Origin: Clostridia bacterium | GTDB taxonomy: Bacteria; Bacillota; Clostridia; Christensenellales; UBA1242 | Assembly: GCA_900768545.1 (NCBI GenBank) | Contig: CAAGDD010000004.1 | Span: forward strand, 83,493 to 147,492 | Reading direction: 5' to 3' | DNA length: 64,000 bases | Shown here: piece after piece, positions 55,551 through 64,000 of the stretch | Layout: each line of letters starts with the position of its first letter | Position numbering within the stretch: position 1 is the first letter of the stretch | Notes under the pieces: generated by a model | The model's database searches: none | The model's input: only the letters and a program-made list of their open reading frames with translations | What the model was told of the DNA's origin: nothing | Program-made: the position numbers and the translations under genes

Positions 55551-55913
55551 ATGAAATTGATGAATTTTATTTATAAAATATTTGGATTTGAAAGTGACGA
55601 TGTGCAAGTTGTTAAAAAGAAACAAAATCAAAAAGCAACTTACAATTTGAAAGTTTCTCAAAAACTTCCTGACGAAATTGACGGAATTAGAGTTTATTAT
55701 CCTGAAAATTTTGAAGATTGCAAGGAAAAGACAGAACTTTTGAAAAATGGCACTCCATTTTTTATTGATTTTCGTGGCTGCAATTCACAAGAGAGAAACA
55801 AAATTTTGGATTATTATGGCGGAGTAATTGATATTTTGGGCGCTAGTAGTGAGCAAGTTGACAAAAATCTTTACATCTTTTTGCCAAAAAATATGGAATT
55901 GGAACGCGATTAA
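55551..55913 (+). CDS. sepF: Cell-division protein SepF (DUF552)
   Basis: The core IRVYYPENFEDCKEKTELLKNGTPFFIDFRG...ILDYYGGVIDILGAS...LYIFLPKNMEL matches the SepF pattern. Confidence 0.75.
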   Translation: MKLMNFIYKIFGFESDDVQVVKKKQNQKATYNLKVSQKLPDEIDGIRVYYPENFEDCKEKTELLKNGTPFFIDFRGCNSQERNKILDYYGGVIDILGASSEQVDKNLYIFLPKNMELERD

Positions 55914-55960
55914 GTTGTTATTTTAAAATAACATTATATTCGTGTCGTGGGGTATTTGAT

Positions 55961-56476
55961 TTGAAAAAAAAGTTGGTTGTGAAAATTTGTGTGATGCTTG
56001 CGATTGTGGCTGCACTTTTGACACTTGATCTTGTGACAAAGTATGTCTTTGACGCAAAATTGTCGTCTGGTGAAACAATTACAGTCATTCCACATCTTTT
56101 TAATTTTAAGTTGGTGCACAATTATGGTGCAGCTTGGGGAATGATGGCTGGCAAGCAAGTATTTTTGATTGTGTTAAGTTTGGTGTTTTTGGCCATTTTT
56201 GTGTTTTATTATGTCAAAGAAAAAGAAAAATCTTGGCTTTTCAATGTTGCTTTTGCGTTTTTGGTTGCTGGCTGCGTAGGAAATATGTATGACCGCATCT
56301 TCTTTGGCTATGTTAGAGATTTTATTCAGTTTGATTTTTGGAAAAGTTTTCCTATTTTCAATTTTGCTGACGCAATTTTGTGTATTGGCGTCGTTTTGTT
56401 TGTAATTTACTTGATTATTTATTTGGTTAAATCGCGAAAAAACGAAAAAGTGGACGGTGAAAACGATGAAAAATAA
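55961..56476 (+). CDS. lspA: Lipoprotein signal peptidase II
   Basis: TTG start. Motifs NYGAAWGM, GNMYDR and FNFAD. Confidence 0.9.
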   Translation: MKKKLVVKICVMLAIVAALLTLDLVTKYVFDAKLSSGETITVIPHLFNFKLVHNYGAAWGMMAGKQVFLIVLSLVFLAIFVFYYVKEKEKSWLFNVAFAFLVAGCVGNMYDRIFFGYVRDFIQFDFWKSFPIFNFADAILCIGVVLFVIYLIIYLVKSRKNEKVDGENDEK

Positions 56477-57371
56477 GTTTTTGGTGGAAAATTCTGGGCA
56501 AAGACTTGATGTTTTTTTAATGGAAAACACCGATTTTACACGCTCTCACATAAAAAATCTTATTGAAAAAGGACTTGTCAGCGTCGGCGGAAAGGTCGCG
56601 ACAAAGGCGGGCGCTGCGTTAAAAAATGGAGATGTGGTTGAAATTGAGATGTTGAAGCCGCAAAAAATCTCGACCGAACCTGAAGATGTTGACTTTGAAA
56701 TAGTTTATCAAGATAAAGATTTGGCAGTGATAAACAAGCCACAAGGGCTGGTTGTTCACCCTTGTTCTTCGACAAAAAGTGGCACTTTGGTTAATGGACT
56801 TTTGAAAAAAATCAAAGATTTGAGCGGGATAAATGGCGAACTTCGTCCCGGCATTGTTCATCGACTTGACAAAGACACGAGTGGGCTTTTGGTGATTGCG
56901 AAAAACGACTTTGCACATGTAAATTTGGCAGAACAAATCAAAAACAAGACTTGTCATCGAAATTATTTGGCGATTTTGGAAGGGAATTTGCCACAAAACA
57001 GCGGCAGAGTCGAAACTTTCATCAAACGCGACCCCAAAAATCGAATAAAAATGAGTGTTCAAGACTCTGGGCGTGTGGCGATAACTGATTTTAAGGTTTT
57101 AAAGCACTTTGAAAAATGTTGCTTGGTGGAATTTTCTCTCCAAACTGGGCGAACTCATCAAATTCGCGTGCATTGCAAATATTTAAATCACCCAATTATC
57201 GGTGACAAACTTTATGGAAGGGAAGAAAAAGGGCTTGCGGGGCAACTTTTGCACGCTTATAAACTTTCTTTCACGCATCCGCGAACGGGCGAAGTTTTGA
57301 CTTTTGAAGCGCCAATTCCAGCCTATTTTCAAGAATTTTTAGACAAACAAAAGCCACTTAAAATCGATTAA
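56466..57371 (+). CDS. rluD: RluA-family 23S rRNA pseudouridine synthase (RluD-like)
   Basis: N-terminal S4 domain, catalytic HRLDKDTSGLLV and TGRTHQIRVH. It follows lspA, as in Firmicutes. Confidence 0.88.
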   Translation: MKNKFLVENSGQRLDVFLMENTDFTRSHIKNLIEKGLVSVGGKVATKAGAALKNGDVVEIEMLKPQKISTEPEDVDFEIVYQDKDLAVINKPQGLVVHPCSSTKSGTLVNGLLKKIKDLSGINGELRPGIVHRLDKDTSGLLVIAKNDFAHVNLAEQIKNKTCHRNYLAILEGNLPQNSGRVETFIKRDPKNRIKMSVQDSGRVAITDFKVLKHFEKCCLVEFSLQTGRTHQIRVHCKYLNHPIIGDKLYGREEKGLAGQLLHAYKLSFTHPRTGEVLTFEAPIPAYFQEFLDKQKPLKID

Positions 57372-57466
57372 AGCGATTTGATATTGAAATTATAACAAAA
57401 ATACGCTAGGCACACAAACTTACGCGTATTTTTTTGTCACTTTTTTTGGAAAATCTGCTAAAAGTC

Positions 57467-57498
57467 TTGACAAAATGCTTGATTTTTGTTATTATAAT
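57467..57498 (+). promoter_or_regulatory. Candidate sigma-A promoter (TTGACA; -10 TATTAT or TATAAT) for rplU-prp-rpmA
   Basis: -35 at 57467-57472. The -10 choice is ambiguous, giving a 17- or 20-nt spacer. Confidence 0.35.
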
Positions 57499-57581
57499 CG
57501 TGTATCCGCATATGTTGGGCTTTTTGAAGTTCGATTATCGGCGCCCTATCGTAGCGAGTTTGGTTAGAGGAGGTAAAAAAA

Positions 57582-57890
57582 ATGTTTGCAGTTATTCAAA
57601 CAGGTGGAAAACAATACAATGTTACAGAAAACGACGTAGTTAAAGTTGAAAAACTTGATGGAAACGTTGGTGACAAAGTTAAAGTTGACGTATTATTGGT
57701 TTCTGACGGAACAAAGACCGTTGCAGGAACACCTACTGTTGAAACAGGTGAAGTTGTTGCTGAAATTGTTGCTCATGGAAAAGGCGATAAAGTTGTAGTT
57801 TACAAATACAAAGCCAAGAAAAATGAACGCAAGAAACAAGGCCACAGACAACCTTGGACACAAATCAAGATTGTTTCAATTAAGATGTAA
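57582..57890 (+). CDS. rplU: 50S ribosomal protein L21
   Basis: MFAVIQTGGKQY.V is a typical L21 start. Confidence 0.95.
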   Translation: MFAVIQTGGKQYNVTENDVVKVEKLDGNVGDKVKVDVLLVSDGTKTVAGTPTVETGEVVAEIVAHGKGDKVVVYKYKAKKNERKKQGHRQPWTQIKIVSIKM

Positions 57891-57896
57891 TTTGCT

Positions 57897-58220
57897 ATGA
57901 CGAAAATTACTATTATTAAAAAAGATGGCATAATTTGTGCCTACAAAGTGAAAGGTCACAGCGGTTTTGCAGAAGAAGGCAAAGACATTGTTTGCAGTGC
58001 GATTTCGGCGATTTCTCAAATGATTTTGGGCGGTCTTAAAGAAGTTGCGCACGCAGAAGTTGAGAGTATCGTTGAAGACGGCTTTATGCAAGTTTTTGTT
58101 AAAGACTATTCAAACGAAAAGGCTCAAACCCTTTTAAAAACAATGGAATTGGCTTTCGCAGAACTTTCAAAAGATTATGCTAGATATGTAAAAATGGAGG
58201 TTAAAGAAGATGTTTATTAA
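57897..58220 (+). CDS. prp: Ribosomal-processing cysteine protease Prp (YsxB)
   Basis: [20 protein letters not shown] carries the His/Cys dyad pattern. It lies between rplU and rpmA. Confidence 0.85.
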   Translation: MTKITIIKKDGIICAYKVKGHSGFAEEGKDIVCSAISAISQMILGGLKEVAHAEVESIVEDGFMQVFVKDYSNEKAQTLLKTMELAFAELSKDYARYVKMEVKEDVY

Positions 58221-58482
58221 TTTACAACTTTTTGCCCATCACAAAGGTGGCGGTAGCACCAAGAACGGTAGAGATTCTGCAGGTCAAAGACTTGGAGTTA
58301 AAGCTTATGCTGGCGAATTTGTTACAGCAGGCTCAATCATCGTTAGACAACGTGGCGCAGAGATTTATCCTGGCGCAAATGTTGGTCTTGGAAGAGATTA
58401 CACACTTTATGCAAAAGCTGACGGAAAAGTCGTTTTTGGAAAGGGTAAAGGAAAGAATATTGTTTCAGTTGTTACTGAATAA
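58210..58482 (+). CDS. rpmA: 50S ribosomal protein L27 with a cleavable N-terminal extension
   Basis: MFINLQLFA|[14 protein letters not shown]. The extension ends in the F-A Prp-site pattern seen in Firmicutes. Confidence 0.95.
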   Translation: MFINLQLFAHHKGGGSTKNGRDSAGQRLGVKAYAGEFVTAGSIIVRQRGAEIYPGANVGLGRDYTLYAKADGKVVFGKGKGKNIVSVVTE

Positions 58483-58485
58483 TTT

Positions 58486-58507
58486 AAGGGCTTTGACGCC
58501 CTTTTTT
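58486..58507 (+). terminator. Intrinsic terminator after rpmA
   Basis: AAGGGC-tttgac-GCCCTT followed by a T-run. Confidence 0.7.
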
Positions 58508-58556
58508 GTTATCATAAAATAAATTGTCAAAAAAGTCGAAAAAGGGAGTGGTTTAA

Positions 58557-59396
58557 ATGCTAAAATATAGCAAAGGAACTGATTTTATCAAGATTTTGGG
58601 GAAAGATGATTTCAATCCAGAGCATATTTTAAAATGCGGTCAAATGTTTTCATATAAATTTGAAAATGACGGCTATGCAGTTTATTCTGCAGACAAAAAA
58701 TCAAAGATTTTTGAAAACGAAGATGGTTATTTGATCGAGACCAAAGATCCAGATTATTTTGAAAACTATTTTGACTTAAAAACCAATTATTCAAGTATTA
58801 AAGAAAAACTTTCCCACTACAAAATCTTAAAAGATCCAATCAAGTGGGGCTATGGCATAAGAATTGTCAAACAAGATCTTTTCGAAACAATAATTTCGTT
58901 TATTGTGTCAGCAAACAACAATATGAAGCGCATTCAAATGATTTTGGATCGTCTTCGCACAAAACTTGGCACAAATATGGGCGACTATTATGCTTTTCCG
59001 ACCAGACAACAACTTTTGAGTGTTGACGAACAATTTTTTCAAGAGATTGGTGCGGGCTATCGGGCGAAATATTTGTTTAATGTTGTGCGCCAAATCGATG
59101 AGAAAATGATTGAAGATTGGAAAAATCTTCAAACCAAAGAATTGCGGCGAAAACTGATTGACTTGTCGGGCATTGGCCCAAAAGTCGCCGACTGCATACT
59201 ATTATTTGGCTATGGCAGACAAGATGTTTTTCCAGTTGATACTTGGATGCAGCAGATGTATAACAAATATTATGACGAAGAAGAAAATCGTGAAAAGATA
59301 CGAAATATTATGACCGACAAATTTAAAAATCTCTCGGGTTATGCTCAACAATATTTGTTTTATTACATGACAAAAAATGAAAATTCAAAGACTTAG
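58557..59396 (+). CDS. ogg: 8-oxoguanine DNA glycosylase/AP lyase (OGG1-type HhH-GPD)
   Basis: The HhH-GPD motif with catalytic Lys context, LSGIGPKVADCILLFGYGRQDVFPVDTW, parallels OGG1 GVGTKVADCICL...VPVD. Confidence 0.8.
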   Translation: MLKYSKGTDFIKILGKDDFNPEHILKCGQMFSYKFENDGYAVYSADKKSKIFENEDGYLIETKDPDYFENYFDLKTNYSSIKEKLSHYKILKDPIKWGYGIRIVKQDLFETIISFIVSANNNMKRIQMILDRLRTKLGTNMGDYYAFPTRQQLLSVDEQFFQEIGAGYRAKYLFNVVRQIDEKMIEDWKNLQTKELRRKLIDLSGIGPKVADCILLFGYGRQDVFPVDTWMQQMYNKYYDEEENREKIRNIMTDKFKNLSGYAQQYLFYYMTKNENSKT

Positions 59397-59551
59397 GTCT
59401 TAAAAATACAAAAAATTCGACAAAATTTGCAAAATTTTGCTAAAAATCACAAAGTTTGAACATTTTTTGTAATTATATTCAAAAATGCCACTTGAAAACC
59501 AAAATAATTTGTGTTATCATATTTAAAAGTAATATTAAGGGGGATAGTATT

Positions 59552-61261
59552 ATGAATAGAAAAAAATCAGAATTTGAAAATCAAAACGAACAAGAAGAAG
59601 TTGAAATCAAAAAGCTTTACAAGCCTATGAAAAAATCAAAAATTTTGCTTCCACTTATTTTGGCGGGCGCTATTGCATTTAGCTCGGCATTGGCTTTGAC
59701 GGGTTGCAAGTCGCGAGTTGATAATAACAATCCTTCTGATTCGCAAGTGGTTGATGATGATTCAGACTCGACTGAAAAACCAGACGATTCGTCAAAAGAC
59801 CCAAAACCAGAACCAAAACCAGATCCAAAACCAGAACCAGAGCCAATCAACCGCTTTAAAACCTATTATGAATGGGTTGACACTTTGAGCGGAAACAATT
59901 TTAGACTTTCTGTCAATTCTTCGGGCGTAAAAACTGAATGGACATCGACCCCAGATGTTGTTTTGAAGCAAAACGGGGAAGGTTCAACTTATTATGTTTT
60001 CAATGCTGAAAATCCTTATGCTTTGTATGCAGCTGACAATAAAAATTATGAAAAAACCGAAAACATTTTCGCCGACCCTAGCGAAGTTTTCTATGAAGCG
60101 TTTAGAACATCTCAATTTTATGATTATGTTGAAGATGAAGGTTTTTATAGAGTTCTTGTTGGACAAAAAGAAAGATTATATACTGTCAAAATCGCAGAAG
60201 ACGGAAGTGCTCAATTAAATTCGGACAATTATTCTGCAAAAGTTTATGATATAGGTTCGGTTGACAAAATCGAACTTCCAAAAGAAGAACAACTTTCTCC
60301 ACTTATGTACACCATTGACGAAAACGGAAAATATAAATTCAATTACAAAGAAATGGTTGCCGCTTTTGAAAACTGGTTTAATGGGGACAATCAAGAAAAG
60401 ACCAATGTTGATGCGGTATTTTTTAAAGTTGATGAAACTTCAGAAGAATTGTATCCTTTAAGATCAAAAGTTTTATTTGCTGATTTGTCAGAAAATAGAT
60501 TTATATTCACAATTTATAGTGAAACTAAAAATTCAGGCTATATTTCAAGTTATCAGTTCTTCACAGAAAAAATTAAACCAATGATAGCTAACAAAAAATT
60601 GAAAACTATCGATGATTTTGTAAAATATATGAATAGTTTTGATCTTAAACGCGCTGGCAAAGATAAAATTTTTGGTGGTGGGCTTGATGTTGAATATTTT
60701 AAATTTGTTCCTCAAAATTTAAGAAGATATGATCTTGACTATATCACAACATTCGATAAAGATTACAAAGGCAGCAAAAAGGAAACATTGTTGACCACAC
60801 TTTGTGATCGTTGGTTCTATAAATTCAATAATGAAGGTGTGCGCAATGAAGGCTGGGGAGAAGATTCTCTTAATTATGAAAACAGAGATTTCTTGAAGTT
60901 TAAAAACCCTAAAGTTTTGTTTGCTGTTAAAGGCAATGCTGAAATGCAAAGTCCATCTACAGATTTGGGGTGGTATGCTACATTTAGAATTCAAATGTTG
61001 GTGGAAGATGAAGGAAAATTGTATGCTGTTGAATCTTCTTTTGCGTCATCAGATGTAAAAGCTATTGAAGACAAATATAGTGAATGGGACGATCAAATTG
61101 GCCAATATCTTCGCAATATTATGATCAAACCTACTGAAAAAGAATATGACACGTATAAAAAATATTACAAACTTGGAACTACAAAAAAAATAGAATTGCA
61201 ATCAGAGAATATTACTTTGTGGCAAGAAATGTTGAATAATAACGAAAAAATTAAGGAATAG
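59552..61261 (+). CDS. Hypothetical large lipoprotein with a Pro-rich KPEPKPDPKPEPEP linker
   Basis: SD AAGGGGGA plus ATG at 59552. The lipobox LTGC follows a hydrophobic segment, with an unusually long charged N-region. An alternative start is 59627. Confidence 0.65.
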   Translation: MNRKKSEFENQNEQEEVEIKKLYKPMKKSKILLPLILAGAIAFSSALALTGCKSRVDNNNPSDSQVVDDDSDSTEKPDDSSKDPKPEPKPDPKPEPEPINRFKTYYEWVDTLSGNNFRLSVNSSGVKTEWTSTPDVVLKQNGEGSTYYVFNAENPYALYAADNKNYEKTENIFADPSEVFYEAFRTSQFYDYVEDEGFYRVLVGQKERLYTVKIAEDGSAQLNSDNYSAKVYDIGSVDKIELPKEEQLSPLMYTIDENGKYKFNYKEMVAAFENWFNGDNQEKTNVDAVFFKVDETSEELYPLRSKVLFADLSENRFIFTIYSETKNSGYISSYQFFTEKIKPMIANKKLKTIDDFVKYMNSFDLKRAGKDKIFGGGLDVEYFKFVPQNLRRYDLDYITTFDKDYKGSKKETLLTTLCDRWFYKFNNEGVRNEGWGEDSLNYENRDFLKFKNPKVLFAVKGNAEMQSPSTDLGWYATFRIQMLVEDEGKLYAVESSFASSDVKAIEDKYSEWDDQIGQYLRNIMIKPTEKEYDTYKKYYKLGTTKKIELQSENITLWQEMLNNNEKIKE

Positions 61262-61285
61262 TTTAAAATTCCTTGATTTTTTTTT
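61253..61285 (+). terminator. Intrinsic terminator overlapping the stop codon
   Basis: AAGGAAT-8 nt-ATTCCTT, then ga and T9. Confidence 0.5.
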
Positions 61286-61309
61286 GATCATTGTGATAGA
61301 ATAAGGTGT

Positions 61310-63370
61310 ATGAAAATGAGTATGAAAAACAAAAAAAGTTATAGAATTTTGGCACTTTTATTGTGCTTTATGTTTATGTTTGCTGTAGGCTGCACAGGTG
61401 GCGCAGGAGAAGATGATGACAATGGCGGTGATTACAAGTCATTGGATCAAGTCAAAGTAATTTCTCGTCCGGGCGACTATGATTTTTCTGATGCAGTTGG
61501 TGAAAATTCTCAATATTTTTACAATTTGTTTTCAAGCAGCGTTGTAAAAAACTTGTATGAATTTTATGCTGGTATTAACACCAGTTTGCATAATGTGGAA
61601 ATACATAATGACGAAAGACCAAAATTGAGAGAGTCTTTGTATGCTAATTTTGATTATTCAAATGGTCTTTCTTACAAAAAAGGCGAAACCAACGACGATT
61701 CTGACACATTTGGAAATTCTGAAAATGACTTTTATTATGTGTTTGACGCGCCAAGATATAGCATTGAAAAAATTGAAGTCAAAGAAGAAAATGGTGAGAA
61801 AAAACTTGTTATCACAGTTGATACTGCTTCAAAATGGCTTTGGTCACTTGCAAGTGACGGCACAAATGATGAAAACAAAAACATTTTCCAAATTTTGGCA
61901 GATAAAGATGTTGATAGCAGTTATTCAAACGGTGTCTATACGGGAAATTATAACAGCTTTGATGATTTAATTGTTAGTATTAAGAATGCAAGATTGGATC
62001 AATCTCTTTTCAACAATGTTTTAAACAACAAAATCGGTAAGGCTTATGTTGATGTTGCAAAAAATTCAGAAAACATCAAGATAAAATATAGCAATTCACC
62101 ATTCTATGAAAAAATGGTTGAAAATGCCGAAATTACTGCAAAAAACTATTTTCAAGATGCATTTGAATATGCTGTTTATATGACTGTTTTGGGTTATGAT
62201 TACAAAGCTGAAGCAGATGCTGGTTATTTTGATTTTAATATTAGTTATGGCGCTGACGACTTTGTTAGCGACATTAAAGTTTTGTGGGCTGGACAACAGA
62301 CCTCTATTATTGACGCGCTTCAAAAAGCGAAAGATTTATACAAAAAAACTGCCAACTTTGTTGGAATTACAGCGGAAAATAAAGTGAAATTGATCGACTT
62401 TATCAAAGATAAGGTCTTGGGCGTTAACGCGCTCGCAAAGGGACAATATTCGATTGTTACAAGAGAACTCGGCGCAGCTGGGGAAGTTTTGAGCACAAAC
62501 GAAGTAAAAATTAACAAAAATTATGATATATTTGCCGAAAATTTGGTGGCTTTTGCATGTTCAGAAGCTGCTATCGGCATCGACGGAGAATCACCTTTAT
62601 CGCTCAGTGAGCCATTTTTGGCCTCGCAAATCACTGACTATAAGGGTGATTATTTTAAAATAGACGAAAATGATGAAGGAAGAGATCCTTTCGCGCATAT
62701 TGATGCGACCGAATATCAAGCGTTGATTTTGAGTCCAAATCAAGAAAACATTGGTCAATATTTTATGGACTTGATGCTCGCGTTTGAATATTATGATTAT
62801 GAAAATGGCGACAACAAAGGTGCTGATTATGCTGATGAACTTGTTTTGAATGTTGGTGTTCGTTATTTTGACTGCAACGCAAATGGTGGTGACGGAGATT
62901 ATGTTTTCAATCAAGAATCTCAAATCAAAGTCAAATATGGCCGTTTTGGAACTTTCAAAGATGCAAATGGTGAAGATGATGACGAAGCAAATTGCTTCTA
63001 TATTGGTTATTGCACAGACGAAGATTTGAAAGAATATTATGATGTTGCGCTCGACAACACCTTCAAATTTGAATCGAAGTTTAATGACAACGAATATATC
63101 AAGACAGAAGCGGCTGACGGCGAAAAGAAGAGTTCTCGTTTGATCACAGGAACATCAAAAACAAGAGAATATTTCAAATTGAATCAATCTTCAAGTTATG
63201 GCAGTTATGGAACTTTGAACAACGCGAAGTTTTCAAAGAACAATGGCGGCGCAGAAGCAAGCAGTTATTTTGAAATTTACTTTGATATCGTAAAGGTTAA
63301 GGGCGAAGCGAAAAATTACAACTTCAAGGTTGGAATTATGACTTTTGAAACAGATGTTAGCCTTGACTAA
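61310..63370 (+). CDS. Hypothetical large acidic lipoprotein (686 aa)
   Basis: Signal peptide with lipobox AVGC. No family recognised. Confidence 0.65.
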   Translation: MKMSMKNKKSYRILALLLCFMFMFAVGCTGGAGEDDDNGGDYKSLDQVKVISRPGDYDFSDAVGENSQYFYNLFSSSVVKNLYEFYAGINTSLHNVEIHNDERPKLRESLYANFDYSNGLSYKKGETNDDSDTFGNSENDFYYVFDAPRYSIEKIEVKEENGEKKLVITVDTASKWLWSLASDGTNDENKNIFQILADKDVDSSYSNGVYTGNYNSFDDLIVSIKNARLDQSLFNNVLNNKIGKAYVDVAKNSENIKIKYSNSPFYEKMVENAEITAKNYFQDAFEYAVYMTVLGYDYKAEADAGYFDFNISYGADDFVSDIKVLWAGQQTSIIDALQKAKDLYKKTANFVGITAENKVKLIDFIKDKVLGVNALAKGQYSIVTRELGAAGEVLSTNEVKINKNYDIFAENLVAFACSEAAIGIDGESPLSLSEPFLASQITDYKGDYFKIDENDEGRDPFAHIDATEYQALILSPNQENIGQYFMDLMLAFEYYDYENGDNKGADYADELVLNVGVRYFDCNANGGDGDYVFNQESQIKVKYGRFGTFKDANGEDDDEANCFYIGYCTDEDLKEYYDVALDNTFKFESKFNDNEYIKTEAADGEKKSSRLITGTSKTREYFKLNQSSSYGSYGTLNNAKFSKNNGGAEASSYFEIYFDIVKVKGEAKNYNFKVGIMTFETDVSLD

Positions 63371-63402
63371 AACGGAAAACAAAACCTAAAAAATTTAAAC
63401 AA

Positions 63403-63430
63403 AAAACACATCGATTTGGTGTGTTTTTTT
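63403..63430 (+). terminator. Intrinsic terminator
   Basis: AACACATC-gattt-GGTGTGTT followed by T7. Confidence 0.65.
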
Positions 63431-63501
63431 GATAAATTTATTGGCTTTGGGTATAGACATTTGCTTGCTTGTGTGATATAATATTCATATAGGAGTAATT
63501 T

Positions 63502-64000
63502 ATGAACCCAGGCTGGATTGTGCTTATTGTTTTTTGCGCGCTTTTGTTTATTTATGCGCTTACTATATTTATTTTGTTGCCAAAAAAGGCTTATTTTTCG
63601 GCTCTTTTTTCAGGCACTTATATCTCAACATTTAAGTTGATCGGACTCAAACTTCGAAAAACAGATTATCAAAACATTGTTGAAGCATATATTGTCGCAA
63701 AAAAATCAATGATCGGCTTGTCTATCGCACAAATCGAAAGCATTGCTGCGTCGGGCGGCAATCCTTTGAAAGTTGTCAATGGAGTTGTTTCTTCAAGAAA
63801 TGCAAAACTTGATTTTGATATCGATTTCGTCAAAGCAATCGACATTTCGGGCAGAGATGTTTTGCAAGTTATCCAAGAATGTATGAATCCAAAAGTTATC
63901 CAAATTCCTTTGGTTACTGGCGTCGCTCAAGACAATTTTGAAGTGTCTGTTAAAGCGTCACTCACTTTGAAAGTCAACATCAAAAACTTTTTGGAAGGCA
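63502..64000 (+). CDS. floA: Flotillin-like protein FloA (UPF0365/YqfA family), N-terminal part; runs off the window
   Basis: My hand translation gives MNPGWIVLIVF...ISTFKLIGLKLRK...AIDISGRDVLQVIQECMNPKVIQIPLVTGVAQDNFEV, which parallels Bacillus YqfA. SD AGGAG. It is not in the ORF track because no stop falls within the window. Confidence 0.85.
   Translation, partial: MNPGWIVLIVFCALLFIYALTIFILLPKKAYFSALFSGTYISTFKLIGLKLRKTDYQNIVEAYIVAKKSMIGLSIAQIESIAASGGNPLKVVNGVVSSRNAKLDFDIDFVKAIDISGRDVLQVIQECMNPKVIQIPLVTGVAQDNFEVSVKASLTLKVNIKNFLEG

Noticed and set aside
59770-59850. The Pro-Glu-Lys repeat (KPEPKPDPKPEPEP) and the G6 or Ser-rich tracts in the surface proteins, considered as DNA-level tandem repeats or contingency loci.
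   Set aside because: They are short, imperfect at the nucleotide level and in frame. They behave as ordinary low-complexity linkers rather than as slippage-prone perfect repeats.
1-64000. Prophage, transposon, integrative element, restriction-modification, toxin-antitoxin or other defence-island content.
   Set aside because: No integrase, transposase, recombinase, reverse transcriptase, phage structural gene, methyltransferase/nuclease pair or cas gene is recognisable in any frame. The gene content is overwhelmingly housekeeping and sporulation.

Overview
This is an AT-rich chromosomal core region from an endospore-forming Firmicute, probably Clostridia-like. Evidence for that placement is spoIIGA-sigE-sigG, ylmC/ymxH, and der-plsY-spoIVA synteny. 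It uses the standard genetic code: TAA, TAG and TGA all terminate recognisable genes.

Gene content, left to right:
- A rearranged cell-wall/division (dcw) block: murF-ddl-murE-mraY-murD-ftsW, then an M20 peptidase, a decayed GNAT gene, murA and an FtsQ/DivIB-like gene.
- A large surface protein broken by one in-frame stop.
- rpmB (absent from the ORF track), the Asp23/DAK2 pair, and serS.
- ftsA-ftsZ and spoIIGA-sigE-sigG.
- nrdR, feoAB, der, plsY and spoIVA.
- Envelope genes: a GT8 glycosyltransferase and two paralogous membrane proteins.
- tRNA-Arg(CCU).
- rplM-rpsI, trxB, rsmE-mtaB-rpsU and pcrA-ligA.
- The str operon (rpsL-rpsG-fusA-tuf).
- sepF-lspA-rluD, rplU-prp-rpmA and ogg.
- Two large lipoproteins and the start of floA.

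I see no transposase, integrase, reverse transcriptase, cas gene, CRISPR array or recognisable defence or toxin module.

The most unusual signal is non-coding. About ten GC-rich intergenic elements of roughly 120-155 nt sit right after stop codons. Each folds into the same four-helix, cloverleaf-like nested palindrome, and the helices are kept even though their sequences differ between copies. Most carry a terminator-like AT-rich hairpin.

Other points worth a second look:
- A candidate leader-peptide attenuator upstream of the M20 peptidase gene.
- A 103-nt triple-hairpin module duplicated after both rpsL and rpsG, inside unusually long str-operon spacers.
- A tandem 80-nt repeat after tuf.
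- A Cys-rich mini-ORF joined through an A8 tract to a 251-aa ORF.
- An in-frame TAA splitting a repeat domain of the surface protein.
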